A stretch of DNA of 63,841 nucleotides, filler included, from Bacteroidales bacterium (lineage in GTDB: Bacteria > Bacteroidota > Bacteroidia > Bacteroidales > CAIWKO01): NCBI GenBank assembly GCA_035389045.1. It is 3 parts of 3 records of this genome, joined end to end, with 100 filler letters (N's around TTAATTAATTAA, not from the genome) between each part and the next. Parts side by side here need not be neighbours in the genome. Positions count along the whole stretch, not along the records: positions 26,730 to 53,348 come from DAOORA010000063.1; positions 53,449 to 63,841 come from DAOORA010000099.1; 1 more part is not named here. One strand, written 5' to 3'. Positions within the stretch are counted from its first letter, which is position 1, and every line of letters begins with the position of its first letter. Below are positions 51,081 to 60,179 of this stretch, piece by piece. The notes under the pieces are model-generated. The model saw only the letters and a program-made list of their open reading frames with translations. It searched no databases and was not told the DNA's origin. The translations under genes were made by a program, and so were the position numbers.

Positions 51081-51721
51081 CCCGTATGCTGATCACAAAA
51101 ACTGCTCATATTGTTGATAACCAGGTTCTCGTTAACGGAAATATCCTGTATCATAACGAGGAGGCTATTGATTATAAGGATTTTATCAAATCGACCTTCA
51201 GGCAACTCTGCCCGGCTTACCCGAAATTCTTTAAAATGGACAACCTCTGCAAACTGGCATTCCTGGCTTCGGAAGTATTGCTGAAGGACGAACATCTTAC
51301 TGAGAAATATCCTAAAGAAGAAATCGGACTGATCATCATGAATGCTTCATCAAGTATTGATGTGGATAAAGATCATCAGCAGACAATAAACAGCCGGGAA
51401 AACTATTTCCCCAGCCCTTCCTTTTTTGTATATACCCTGCCCAATGTCATGCTGGGAGAGATATGTATCAAAAATCATTTTTTCGGAGAAAATGCTGTTT
51501 ATATTTCGGAGCATTTCGATGCAGATACCTTGTTCCGGCAGGTGAACTTATTCTTTAACATCAACAGGATGAGCGCATGTATTACGGGATGGATTGAAAA
51601 CAACGGGACGAATTACGAAGCATTTCTGATGCTGGTAGAAGTTGACCTGAAAGTTGGAGATTTAAAAGAAATATGTAATTTTGCCGTCCCGGAAATTTAC
51701 AAATTATTTAATCGTCAATAA
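51077..51721 (+). CDS. Ketosynthase N-terminal-like / chain-length-factor protein
   Basis: YPKFFKMD.LCKLA, PSPSFFVYTLPNV; lacks the catalytic Cys/His set. Confidence 0.8.
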   Translation: MTRMLITKTAHIVDNQVLVNGNILYHNEEAIDYKDFIKSTFRQLCPAYPKFFKMDNLCKLAFLASEVLLKDEHLTEKYPKEEIGLIIMNASSSIDVDKDHQQTINSRENYFPSPSFFVYTLPNVMLGEICIKNHFFGENAVYISEHFDADTLFRQVNLFFNINRMSACITGWIENNGTNYEAFLMLVEVDLKVGDLKEICNFAVPEIYKLFNRQ

Positions 51722-51732
51722 AAGACCTACAT

Positions 51733-51999
51733 ATGGAAGAACAAGAATTGATTGAAAAACTCAGAAAAGAGATCATTCAACAGCTTAACCTCGAAGAACT
51801 GAAACCCGAAGATATCGATCCTGATGCTGCTCTGTTTGGCGAAGGCTTAGGTCTGGATTCTATCGATGCGCTGGAAATCATTGTATTACTCGAAAAAAAT
51901 TACGGAATAAAGATCGAAGATCCTAAGGAAGGAAAAAAAATATTTTCTTCCATCCGGACACTGGCAAAATACATCATGGATCACCAAAAGGCTCAGTAA
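51733..51999 (+). CDS. Acyl carrier protein (APE-type)
   Basis: LFGEGLGLDSIDALE. Confidence 0.95.
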   Translation: MEEQELIEKLRKEIIQQLNLEELKPEDIDPDAALFGEGLGLDSIDALEIIVLLEKNYGIKIEDPKEGKKIFSSIRTLAKYIMDHQKAQ

Positions 52000-52002
52000 T
52001 AC

Positions 52003-53196
52003 ATGGGCAAGAGGATCTTTGTAACCGGAATGGGTATCATTTCCGCTTTGGGAAAAAACCTTCCGGAAACTTTTGATGCTCTTTCGCATCTCCGTTCAGG
52101 CATTGGCCCTATACGGCTGCTCGACACCATCCACAAGGATAAGATACCGGTTGCTGAAGTCCCTTTTACCAATGAGGAACTCGCTGTTTTATCCGGCCTG
52201 AAAAATACGGATAACCTCACACGTTCAACGCTATTAGCCATAAAAGCTGTTAAGGAAGCTGCTGATTCCGCCCGGATAAGTGATTTCAGCGGCACAGGAT
52301 TTATTTCTGCCAATACCGTTGGTGGAATGGATAAAAGTGAACAGTTTTATTACGATTATTTAAAACTTAAAAAGCCCAATCCCTATTGCGAGACACACGA
52401 CTGCGCCGACAGTACCGAGAAAGTCGCCGATTATTTTGGGATCAGTGAATTTATCTCGACGGTGAGCACGGCCTGTTCTTCGGCATCCAATGCCGTTCTC
52501 ATGGGCGCCAGGCTGATACAGAGCGGAATGCTCAGAAGGGTAATAGCCGGCGGCACGGAATGTCTGACAAAATTTCATCTTAATGGCTTTACTTCGCTGA
52601 AAATTTTAGATAGCGAACCTTGTAAACCTTTTGATAAGAACCGGGCCGGTATCAACCTGGGAGAAGGTGCGGCATACATTGTCATGGAATCGGAGGAAAT
52701 TGCAGATGACGGCGGCAGGGAATTTTTCTTTGAATTAAGCGGCTGGGGCAACGCCTGTGAAGCCTTTCACCAGACAGCATCTTCGCCCGAAGGCGACGGC
52801 GCTTACCTTGCCATGAAAAAGACATTGGAAATGAGTGGATTAAAAGACTCCGACATTGATTATATCAATGCCCACGGCACCGGCACCGACAATAATGACC
52901 TTTCCGAAGGACGCGCCATAGAACGGCTCTTTGCACCACACATTCCTCTGGTAAGCTCAACGAAACCCTTTACCGGGCATACCACCAGCGCCGCCGGCAC
53001 CGTTGAAGCTATTATCACGATGCTGGGAATGAAATACAATATGGTCTTTCCGAACCTGAACTTTAAAGAACAAATGCCGGAATTGAATTTCAAACCTGTG
53101 TGCCAGATCATTACGGATATAAAAATTCAACATGCCTTATCTAATTCTTTTGGCTTCGGAGGCAACAATACATCGCTGATTTTTTCAAAGATTTAA
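52003..53196 (+). CDS. Beta-ketoacyl-ACP synthase
   Basis: STACSS, NAHGTGT, KPFTGHT, NSFGFGG. Confidence 0.95.
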   Translation: MGKRIFVTGMGIISALGKNLPETFDALSHLRSGIGPIRLLDTIHKDKIPVAEVPFTNEELAVLSGLKNTDNLTRSTLLAIKAVKEAADSARISDFSGTGFISANTVGGMDKSEQFYYDYLKLKKPNPYCETHDCADSTEKVADYFGISEFISTVSTACSSASNAVLMGARLIQSGMLRRVIAGGTECLTKFHLNGFTSLKILDSEPCKPFDKNRAGINLGEGAAYIVMESEEIADDGGREFFFELSGWGNACEAFHQTASSPEGDGAYLAMKKTLEMSGLKDSDIDYINAHGTGTDNNDLSEGRAIERLFAPHIPLVSSTKPFTGHTTSAAGTVEAIITMLGMKYNMVFPNLNFKEQMPELNFKPVCQIITDIKIQHALSNSFGFGGNNTSLIFSKI

Positions 53197-53212
53197 GAGG
53201 ATGGGATTAAGT

Positions 53213-53348
53213 TGGGAGTTGGGAGTCGGGAGGTCCCGATAACTATCGGGAGGGAGTTGGGAGTCGGGAGTCGGGAGCTGGGAGCTGGGAGTCGGGAGTC
53301 GGGAGTCGGGAGTCGGGAGTCGGGAGTCGGGAGTCGGGAGTCGGGAGT
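53213..53348. repeat. Heptamer tandem repeat (GGGAGTY)n with an embedded palindrome tcccgata-ac-tatcggga
   Basis: Runs to the contig end; palindrome at 53234-53251. Confidence 0.92.
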
Positions 53349-53448
53349 NNNNNNNNNNNNNNNNNNNNNNNNNNNNNNNNNNNNNNNNNNNNTTAATTAA
53401 TTAANNNNNNNNNNNNNNNNNNNNNNNNNNNNNNNNNNNNNNNNNNNN
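53349..53448. other. Artificial contig linker (N run + TTAATTAATTAA + N run)
   Basis: Same 100-nt spacer as 26630-26729. Confidence 0.97.
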
Positions 53449-53779
53449 TTATTTTTTAAATTTTAAAAAGTCAGCCGAAGGATTAATAGTTTTAAGCATT
53501 TAAAGCTACCAAGCGGGGTATGCACATAGACATCCACCAAATTTCATAAATCTAGCTTCGGAGCAATTCTCTGTGACAGGATTAAATCACTATGCCGTAT
53601 GCTGCCAATTTCTGACTTTTTGCAAATGTCATAATCATTTTGTATTTTTTCAAGTTTTAGAAATGAAAACTCTGTGTGACATAAAAAAATCATGCGAAAC
53701 TTAAGTCATTATAAAAAGATTTTTGGCAATATTTTACCGGGAACATTTTTTCTTTTTCAGTATCTTTGTCAAAAAAAAT

Positions 53780-54877
53780 ATGGGACTGAATTGCGGAATA
53801 GTAGGACTTGCAAATTGCGGTAAGACAACGATTTTTAATTGTATGTCGAGCACCAAAGCACAAACCACCAACTTTGCTTTTAGCTCAAACAAATCCAATA
53901 TTGCTATAGTAAATGTTCCGGACGAACGTTTGTACGTTCTGGCCAAACTTGTAAAGACGACCAAAGTGATACATGCCACGGTGGAGATTGTCGATATCCC
54001 CGGCCTTACCAAAGGCTCCAGCAAAGGCGAAGGTATGGGAAATTCCTTTCTGGCCGATATCCGTCAGACCGATGCCATTATACATGTGATCCGTTGTTTC
54101 GATGATGAAAACCTTCCGCATATCGAAGGCTCTGTGAATCCTGTCAGGGATAAGGAAATTATTGACCTCGAGCTGCAGATCAACGACCTGGAGCAGGTGG
54201 AACGCAAAATGCAGCGTGTTGATAAAGCTGCCCGTATAGGGGATAAAGATGCAAAACACCTGTTTCAGGTGCTGTCGCTCTATAAAAACCACCTCGAATC
54301 TTTTCAGTCTGCCCGGACATTAGATATACCGGACGAAGACCGCAAACTGGTGAGAGATCTGTGTCTGCTCACTGAAAAACCGGTTTTGTACGTCTGCAAT
54401 GTGGATGATGCTTCAGCTGTCTCAGGAAATAACTATTCGGAAGCCCTTAAAGAAGCGGTAAAAGATGAAAAGACCGAGGTGCTTGTTGTTGCCGGTAAAT
54501 TAGAGGCAGAGATATCAGAACTGGAAACCGCTGAAGACCGTATGGCTTTTCTGAACGACGTGGGATTAAAAGAACCCAGCGTTAATAACCTCATTCATTC
54601 CGCTTTTCATTTATTGAACCTGAAAACATTTTATACCGCAGGGCCTAAAGAAGCCCGTGCCTGGACCATCAAAAACGGGATGAATGCCCCGCAGGCCGCC
54701 GGCGTGATCCATTCCGACCTGGAGCGGGGTTTCATAAGGGCAGAAGTCATGAAATATGATGATTTTGTGAAACTCGGCTCGGAAAATGCCTGCAAAGAAG
54801 CCGGAAAATTTTTCGTTGAAGGTAAAACCTATATCGTTCAGGAAGGTGATATTCTTAATATCAGGTTCAACGTATAA
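53780..54877 (+). CDS. ychF: YchF/Obg-family ATPase (divergent G1/G2)
   Basis: GIVGLANCGKTT, VDIPGL, EARAWTI, AAGVIHSD, EGKTYIVQEGDI..RFNV. -7 element TATCTTTG at 53761 supports ATG53780. Confidence 0.9.
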   Translation: MGLNCGIVGLANCGKTTIFNCMSSTKAQTTNFAFSSNKSNIAIVNVPDERLYVLAKLVKTTKVIHATVEIVDIPGLTKGSSKGEGMGNSFLADIRQTDAIIHVIRCFDDENLPHIEGSVNPVRDKEIIDLELQINDLEQVERKMQRVDKAARIGDKDAKHLFQVLSLYKNHLESFQSARTLDIPDEDRKLVRDLCLLTEKPVLYVCNVDDASAVSGNNYSEALKEAVKDEKTEVLVVAGKLEAEISELETAEDRMAFLNDVGLKEPSVNNLIHSAFHLLNLKTFYTAGPKEARAWTIKNGMNAPQAAGVIHSDLERGFIRAEVMKYDDFVKLGSENACKEAGKFFVEGKTYIVQEGDILNIRFNV

Positions 54878-54883
54878 AAGGTG

Positions 54884-55288
54884 TTAACGGCAATTTCTTA
54901 TCTTGTCACTTAAATTCTCCTTACCCAGTTCATCAGCTTTTATCCAATCAGCACAGGCCTTATCACGCTGATTGATAGATTCATAAAGATTACCACGGTT
55001 AGCATAGGCATCGGCAAAACCCGGATTGACCTCTATCGCTTTTGAATAATCGGCAAGAGCGCCCTGGTAATCCGTATTGCCGTATTTGATATTACCCCTG
55101 CAGAAATACGGCTGCTCGTAAAGCGGATCCAACTCAATGGCCTTATTGAAATCCATCAGCGCTTCATCTTTCTGGTAGTTGTACATTTTACGCAAGCCGC
55201 TTTTATACAATTCAACAGCTTTTTCATGTTTTGAGGTACAGGCAGACAATATCAGGCAAAGGCCGCACAATAAAAATATTTGCTTCAT
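54884..55288 (-). CDS. TPR-repeat lipoprotein
   Basis: Lipobox LSAC; repeats ALMDFNKAIELDP and ALADYSKAIEVNP. Confidence 0.88.
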   Translation of the reverse strand: MKQIFLLCGLCLILSACTSKHEKAVELYKSGLRKMYNYQKDEALMDFNKAIELDPLYEQPYFCRGNIKYGNTDYQGALADYSKAIEVNPGFADAYANRGNLYESINQRDKACADWIKADELGKENLSDKIRNCR

Positions 55289-55396
55289 AGTAAACGTTAA
55301 ATTAAAGACCAACAAAATAACATCATTTTTGCATCATAAAAAAATATTCAAATTTAAACTTTCACGCTTCAGGATCATCTAAACAAAAAAACTTAC

Positions 55397-55945
55397 ATGC
55401 AGCCGGTACAGGACAAAGACTTGTTGACACTGCTACGTAATGAAAATTCACGTAGTCAGGGCTTTAATATGCTTGTGGTCAAGTATCAGGAGAAAGTCTA
55501 CCGGATGACAAGAAGAATAGTAATCTCACACGAAGACACCGACGATGTAGTCCAGAATGTTTTCATTAAAATATGGCACCACATCGAAGATTTTCGTGAA
55601 GATTCAAAATTGTCCACATGGATATACAGGATTGCTGTCAATGAATCACTTGCCCTCCTGAAATCCAGAAAGTTACTAAATTTCATACCGTTTTTCAGTG
55701 TTGAGAAAAAACTTTCCGAGTCCCTGACTGACGATAATTATTTCAGGGCCGATGAGATCAGCTTAAAGTTGCAGCAATCCATACTATCGCTGCCCACCCG
55801 GCAAAGAATGGTTTTCAATATGAGGTATTACGACGGATTATCTTTTGAAGAAATATCGTCTATACTAAACACCAGCAAAAGCGCACTGAAAACATCCTAT
55901 CATTTTGCAGTACAAAAAATCAAAAAAAAATTATCAGAGGATTAA
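55397..55945 (+). CDS. ECF RNA polymerase sigma factor
   Basis: DDVVQNVFIKIW, STWIYRIAVN, LPTRQRMVF...LSFEEIS. Confidence 0.93.
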   Translation: MQPVQDKDLLTLLRNENSRSQGFNMLVVKYQEKVYRMTRRIVISHEDTDDVVQNVFIKIWHHIEDFREDSKLSTWIYRIAVNESLALLKSRKLLNFIPFFSVEKKLSESLTDDNYFRADEISLKLQQSILSLPTRQRMVFNMRYYDGLSFEEISSILNTSKSALKTSYHFAVQKIKKKLSED

Positions 55946-55981
55946 ACCTTGAGCCATTTTTTTCATCATATAATCACGACT

Positions 55982-56521
55982 ATGAAAAAACAACACTACA
56001 TAAAAAGTGATCAGGACAGACCTGAAGATTTTTCAGAAGATCTGAAAAAAATATGCGGTTCTGACGATCCATTTATCATTCCTGAACATTATTTTACCGA
56101 CCTGCCTTACCGTATACAAAAAAAAATAAGTACCAATAATGAGGTAAAAAACAAACACCATGGATATGGAAAATACATTATTTATGGCACAGTGGCTGCA
56201 GCGCTTGTAATATTGTTTGTGTTCGCAGTTCTGATCCCGGCAAGAACAGAAAAAGAGGTAAAAGCTAATACAGGAAACACTTATGATAACATTATCGTGG
56301 AGTATCTCTCAGACAAGATTGATGAAAACACACTTATTGAAATGAGCAGTGACAACCTCTCACTTGTTGACCGTGAAAAGATTCCGGACATAGCACCGGC
56401 AGATGACCACAGTCCGGCAAATAATACAGAAATTACTGATATTCAATTTGATACATCAGTGAATAATGAAGATATCATTGAATATTTTCTAAGTGAAAAT
56501 ATTGACCCCGAAATATTATAA
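55982..56521 (+). CDS. Putative anti-sigma membrane protein
   Basis: PFIIPEHYF motif and a single TM segment, directly after the ECF sigma gene. Confidence 0.7.
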   Translation: MKKQHYIKSDQDRPEDFSEDLKKICGSDDPFIIPEHYFTDLPYRIQKKISTNNEVKNKHHGYGKYIIYGTVAAALVILFVFAVLIPARTEKEVKANTGNTYDNIIVEYLSDKIDENTLIEMSSDNLSLVDREKIPDIAPADDHSPANNTEITDIQFDTSVNNEDIIEYFLSENIDPEIL

Positions 56522-56541
56522 ATACACAAATAATAAATGTC

Positions 56542-57042
56542 ATGAAAACAAAAAGATCAAAAGTAATAGTGATGTTATCCTTAACATTTCTGTTCATCTC
56601 AGTTGGTGTACTGAATGCACAAAATACCAAAGACTACCAAAAAGGGGCACAGGATAAAAAAGACCGGATCAATGCGATGAAAGTGGCATTTATCAGCGAG
56701 GCTATAGACCTGAATACTGCCGAAGCTCAGAATTTCTGGCCGTTGTACAATGAATTTCAGAATAAAAGGGATGCTTTACAAAAGGAGAACCGTGATAAGA
56801 TGAAGCAGCTGAAAGACATCGAATTTGAAAATCTGACCGAAGAACAAGCTGATGAAATCATCAACCATGAACTTCAAAAGGAGCAAAATCAACTGGATCT
56901 GAAGAAGGAATATTATCCAAAATTCAAAAAAGTCATTAGCAGTAAAAAAGTGGTTGGCATTTACCGGGCTGAAAAAGAGTTTAACCGTCTGCTTCTTGAA
57001 AAGCTCAAAGGCGACCGGCCCAAACCCGGGATGGATGACTAA
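56542..57042 (+). CDS. Periplasmic helical protein (Spy/CpxP-like, ECF-associated)
   Basis: Signal peptide and KVAFISEAIDLNTAEAQNFWPLYNEF. Confidence 0.78.
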   Translation: MKTKRSKVIVMLSLTFLFISVGVLNAQNTKDYQKGAQDKKDRINAMKVAFISEAIDLNTAEAQNFWPLYNEFQNKRDALQKENRDKMKQLKDIEFENLTEEQADEIINHELQKEQNQLDLKKEYYPKFKKVISSKKVVGIYRAEKEFNRLLLEKLKGDRPKPGMDD

Positions 57043-57080
57043 AAAAAAGGCTGCAGTTTTTATACCATGCAGCCTCTTTT
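57041..57080. terminator. Bidirectional terminator between convergent genes
   Basis: A-run + aggctgca ... tgcagcct + T-rich tail. Confidence 0.65.
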
Positions 57081-57095
57081 CTTTATTCAAAATGT

Positions 57096-57650
57096 TTATT
57101 TCCTCTTCCATTTATTGTATTCACCCAAAAGACTGACATAACTCTCATCAGTTGGTTTGCTCACGCTGGTGGTCACAGTCAGTTTTTTCAATTTACCGGG
57201 GAACATTACTATGGGCATGTTGTCGCCGCCATAAGTCCCGTTCGACTCCACATAACTTTCGCCGTCAACAGAACTGGTATAGAACATAAACGGGCTTTTT
57301 TTGTCGAACTGGTATAAACGGGCCGCTTCGAGATTGGGAAAATCCATAGTCACTTCCCCGCAAAGCACGCCATTTTCTTCGAACAGGCGTTTAGAAATGT
57401 TGGCAGCCTCAGGATACGATTCTTCGATTTTGGATCCATTGATATAGCTGGAAAGAAGTTCGTCAAAATCCTGTATCTCAGTGTATCCGGCTGAATCAAC
57501 ATTAGACATAATATTTATGTACTTTACAGTAAGTTTGCCTGAATTCTTACCCGTAAATTCAAAAGTGTATTGTTTCTTTTCAACCGTCAGGCAACTGACC
57601 AGAAACATGGCAAAAACGCCGATCGCTAAAAATAAAAATATTCTTTTCAT
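57096..57650 (-). CDS. Hypothetical lipoprotein
   Basis: MKRIFLFLAIGVFAMFLVSC lipobox. Confidence 0.75.
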   Translation of the reverse strand: MKRIFLFLAIGVFAMFLVSCLTVEKKQYTFEFTGKNSGKLTVKYINIMSNVDSAGYTEIQDFDELLSSYINGSKIEESYPEAANISKRLFEENGVLCGEVTMDFPNLEAARLYQFDKKSPFMFYTSSVDGESYVESNGTYGGDNMPIVMFPGKLKKLTVTTSVSKPTDESYVSLLGEYNKWKRK

Positions 57651-57803
57651 AGGTTTGATTTAAAAAAGTCAGATGCAACCCCGGTCCTGTATTGCAGCAT
57701 CTTTCCTCTTATTAATAATTAACTTCCGGGATTTTACCATACAGGAAATTCTTTTCAAAATTAATAAAATTTTTACATGTACATTTGCATTAAAAAATAT
57801 TTT

Positions 57804-58049
57804 ATGAAAGTTTCGGTGGAAATCAGCTATTATCCATTAAAAGAAGAATTCAAACCGTCGATACTTGATTTTCTTATACGATTGAATACGTATAAAGAAC
57901 TCTCTGCACAGACCAACGGCATGAGCACACAGGTTTTTGGCGAGTACAGGTACGTGATGAATGCGCTGACTAATGAAATAGAGAAATCTTTTGAACTTCC
58001 GCACTCGGTGTTTGTCATGAAAGTAATCAATGCCGATTTAAAAACATAA
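57804..58049 (+). CDS. Thiamine-binding/YkoF-like (MTH1187) small protein
   Basis: VSVEISYYPL...TNGMSTQVFGE. -7 element TACATTTG at 57780 supports ATG57804. Confidence 0.8.
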   Translation: MKVSVEISYYPLKEEFKPSILDFLIRLNTYKELSAQTNGMSTQVFGEYRYVMNALTNEIEKSFELPHSVFVMKVINADLKT

Positions 58050-58098
58050 CATCAGTTAAAACCCCGACTCATTTAACCAACGTTCTCCTTTCGCATTA

Positions 58099-58683
58099 AT
58101 GAACTGGATCACAGAGAATTATATCGAATTAACAGCCGCCATACTGGGCATAGCAGGCGTTTACCTTACCACCCGGCAGAACATTTTATGCTGGCCGGTC
58201 GGGCTGGTCAATGTGATATTGTCGATGTATGTTTTTTTTACAGAAAAACTCTATGCCGATGTTGTGCTGCAGATCTTCTATGTAGCCATGACCTTGTATG
58301 GATGGTACAACTGGATTTTCGGAGGACAAAAGAAATTTGAACTTCAGGTCAGGAAGATCAGGCCGAAAGAATTTGTAATCATGTTTGTAGCAGGATTCTG
58401 TTTAGCATTTGTCACAGCTTATCTTTTTGCTACTTATACCGATGCGGCATATCCTTACTGGGATTCGATGCTCACCGTTTGGGGCATCATTGCCACTTAC
58501 GCCATGGGGAAAAAGATCATCGACCACTGGACCATGTGGATCGTCATTGATATTAATTGTACCGTTTTATACTTTATTAAAGAACTGTATGCTTTTGCGC
58601 CATTATATTTTATTTTTACACTGTTGGCCGTTTACGGATATTTTACATGGAAAAAAGATTTAAAAAAACAGGCAGCGATCTGA
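58099..58683 (+). CDS. pnuC: PnuC-family nicotinamide riboside/vitamin transporter
   Basis: WPVGLVN, LYAD..LQ, YGWYNW, PYWDS, W..WIVID, YGYFTW. Confidence 0.92.
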   Translation: MNWITENYIELTAAILGIAGVYLTTRQNILCWPVGLVNVILSMYVFFTEKLYADVVLQIFYVAMTLYGWYNWIFGGQKKFELQVRKIRPKEFVIMFVAGFCLAFVTAYLFATYTDAAYPYWDSMLTVWGIIATYAMGKKIIDHWTMWIVIDINCTVLYFIKELYAFAPLYFIFTLLAVYGYFTWKKDLKKQAAI

Positions 58684-59210
58684 TACGGATTGCAATAACG
58701 GGGCCTGAATCAACAGGAAAATCGCTACTTTCGCAGGAGCTGGCTGCACATTATCATACCGCTTATGTACCTGAATATGCACGGGAATATATCAGCCACC
58801 TTGACAGGGAATACAATTATGAAGACCTTGAAATCATAGCAAAAGGACAGATAGCCGGGCAGATAAAAGCCGAAAAAAACGCCAACGGGCTGCTGTTTTG
58901 CGATACCGAGCTTACCGTCATAAAAATATGGGCAGAACACAGATATAATAAATGCCCGTTGTGGATATCCGAAAACCTTGAAAAATATCCCTACGACCTC
59001 TACCTCCTTTGTAATGTGGATCTGCCCTGGGAAAACGATCCCCAGAGAGAGCATCCGCACCTGCGTTCCTATTTTTTCAATTGGTACCTCAAAGAACTGC
59101 AAGGCAGAAATGTGTTTTTTGCCATCGTTGAAGGAAATGGGATGTCAAGGTTTAACAATGCTCTGCAGGCAGTTGACGGGGTTCTTCACAAACATCAACT
59201 GAAAGCATAG
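58647..59210 (+). CDS. NadR-type ribosylnicotinamide kinase-like ATPase (AAA_28)
   Basis: IAITGPESTGKS, VPEYAREY, FCDT, YDLYLL...PWENDPQRE. Confidence 0.88.
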   Translation: MEKRFKKTGSDLIRIAITGPESTGKSLLSQELAAHYHTAYVPEYAREYISHLDREYNYEDLEIIAKGQIAGQIKAEKNANGLLFCDTELTVIKIWAEHRYNKCPLWISENLEKYPYDLYLLCNVDLPWENDPQREHPHLRSYFFNWYLKELQGRNVFFAIVEGNGMSRFNNALQAVDGVLHKHQLKA

Positions 59211-59361
59211 ACATAACGTAAAACACCACCTGCGAAATTATGGTTTTCCGGGACATTTCCAATACCTTTCTGACGAAAACGAATACTTCAGGCATTCACA
59301 ACAGCAGTTAACGGTAAAATCATAATTTGATGCGCTGGAAAAAAAATACGAACTTTGGCAC

Positions 59362-59481
59362 ATGTCAAAAATAAGTACAACTAATAAAAGTATCGAGACA
59401 CACATTCTTGAACTTTTAATATCGGAAGAAGTATTAGGATGTTTTGAATTGAATTATTTTCAAACTGTTACCGTTGCTTAA
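59362..59481 (+). pseudogene. Possible N-terminal fragment of an ISL3/ISAon1-like transposase accessory ORF
   Basis: 39-aa ORF containing ILELLISEEVLGCFEL, resembling the LxLxLPEEILxYFEL start of such proteins (from memory). Confidence 0.35.
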
Positions 59482-59684
59482 TCAAAATCAGGCCAGGACA
59501 AATTTTGATTTATGCTTATGACGTTAGAGTAAGTATTTGGGTTAAAAGTGCAAATGCAATTTTGGACCTATTATAGATAATGTATCTATATAACATGAAA
59601 TAAAAGCCAGAATATTCAATTATAAGTTGTTTCTTTTATTCTGCGAAACAATTCGTTTTTTTTCGGGATAGGTTAGCCGATATT

Positions 59685-59955
59685 TGGTGCGCGGGCAATT
59701 CCTGGCGGGCGAGCCGGCGGTGGCGTGAATCAGAAAACATTTGAAAATCTGCAAAGGCCCCGCCACAGGCGGGGTTTCCTGACCAGCTATGCTGCGTCAG
59801 GACTACTTTGCATAGATTTTCAATGTTTTCTGAGAGCGGGATGAAGCATACGCCAGGAGGTCCTTTCCTGCCTGCCGAAGTGTTCGTCACGCAGGCAGGT
59901 TTGATTACTTTTTTGCCTGCCCCGCCAAAGGCGTGGGGACACGCAAAAAAGTAAT
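59685..59955. ncRNA. Highly structured GC-rich intergenic element (candidate ncRNA or non-autonomous mobile element)
   Basis: Nested stems 59700-707/59851-858, 59730-756/59806-833, 59758-764/59768-774, 59777-783/59796-802, 59867-875/59891-899, 59905-916/59943-954. Confidence 0.5.
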
Positions 59956-60179
59956 ACAGAAATGTAATATTGTTACAAGAATCTGTTCGGATTTTATATA
60001 CCAGCGCCTCAAAAAAAGAAATTGCCCAGTTAAACCTGCCTCACCTGCCAATGAAAATACAACCAATACAATAAAATATTTTTAAACCGTAAAAAATCAA
60101 TATATTTGTCCGGTACCGATAAAGCATAACCAGTTTTTTTCATTAATAACTATAAAACCATCTATTTTTGAAGTAACAC

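Noticed and set aside
53212..53400. ORF MGVGSRE...
   Set aside because: It is just the translation of the heptamer repeat running into Ns.
57651..57803. TPP riboswitch ahead of the thiamine-binding/pnuC genes
   Set aside because: No CTGAGA core or P4/P5 elements, and the -7 promoter lies only ~16 nt before the start.
59636..59890. 84-aa minus-strand ORF
   Set aside because: GTG start, atypical composition and complete overlap with the palindromic structured element.
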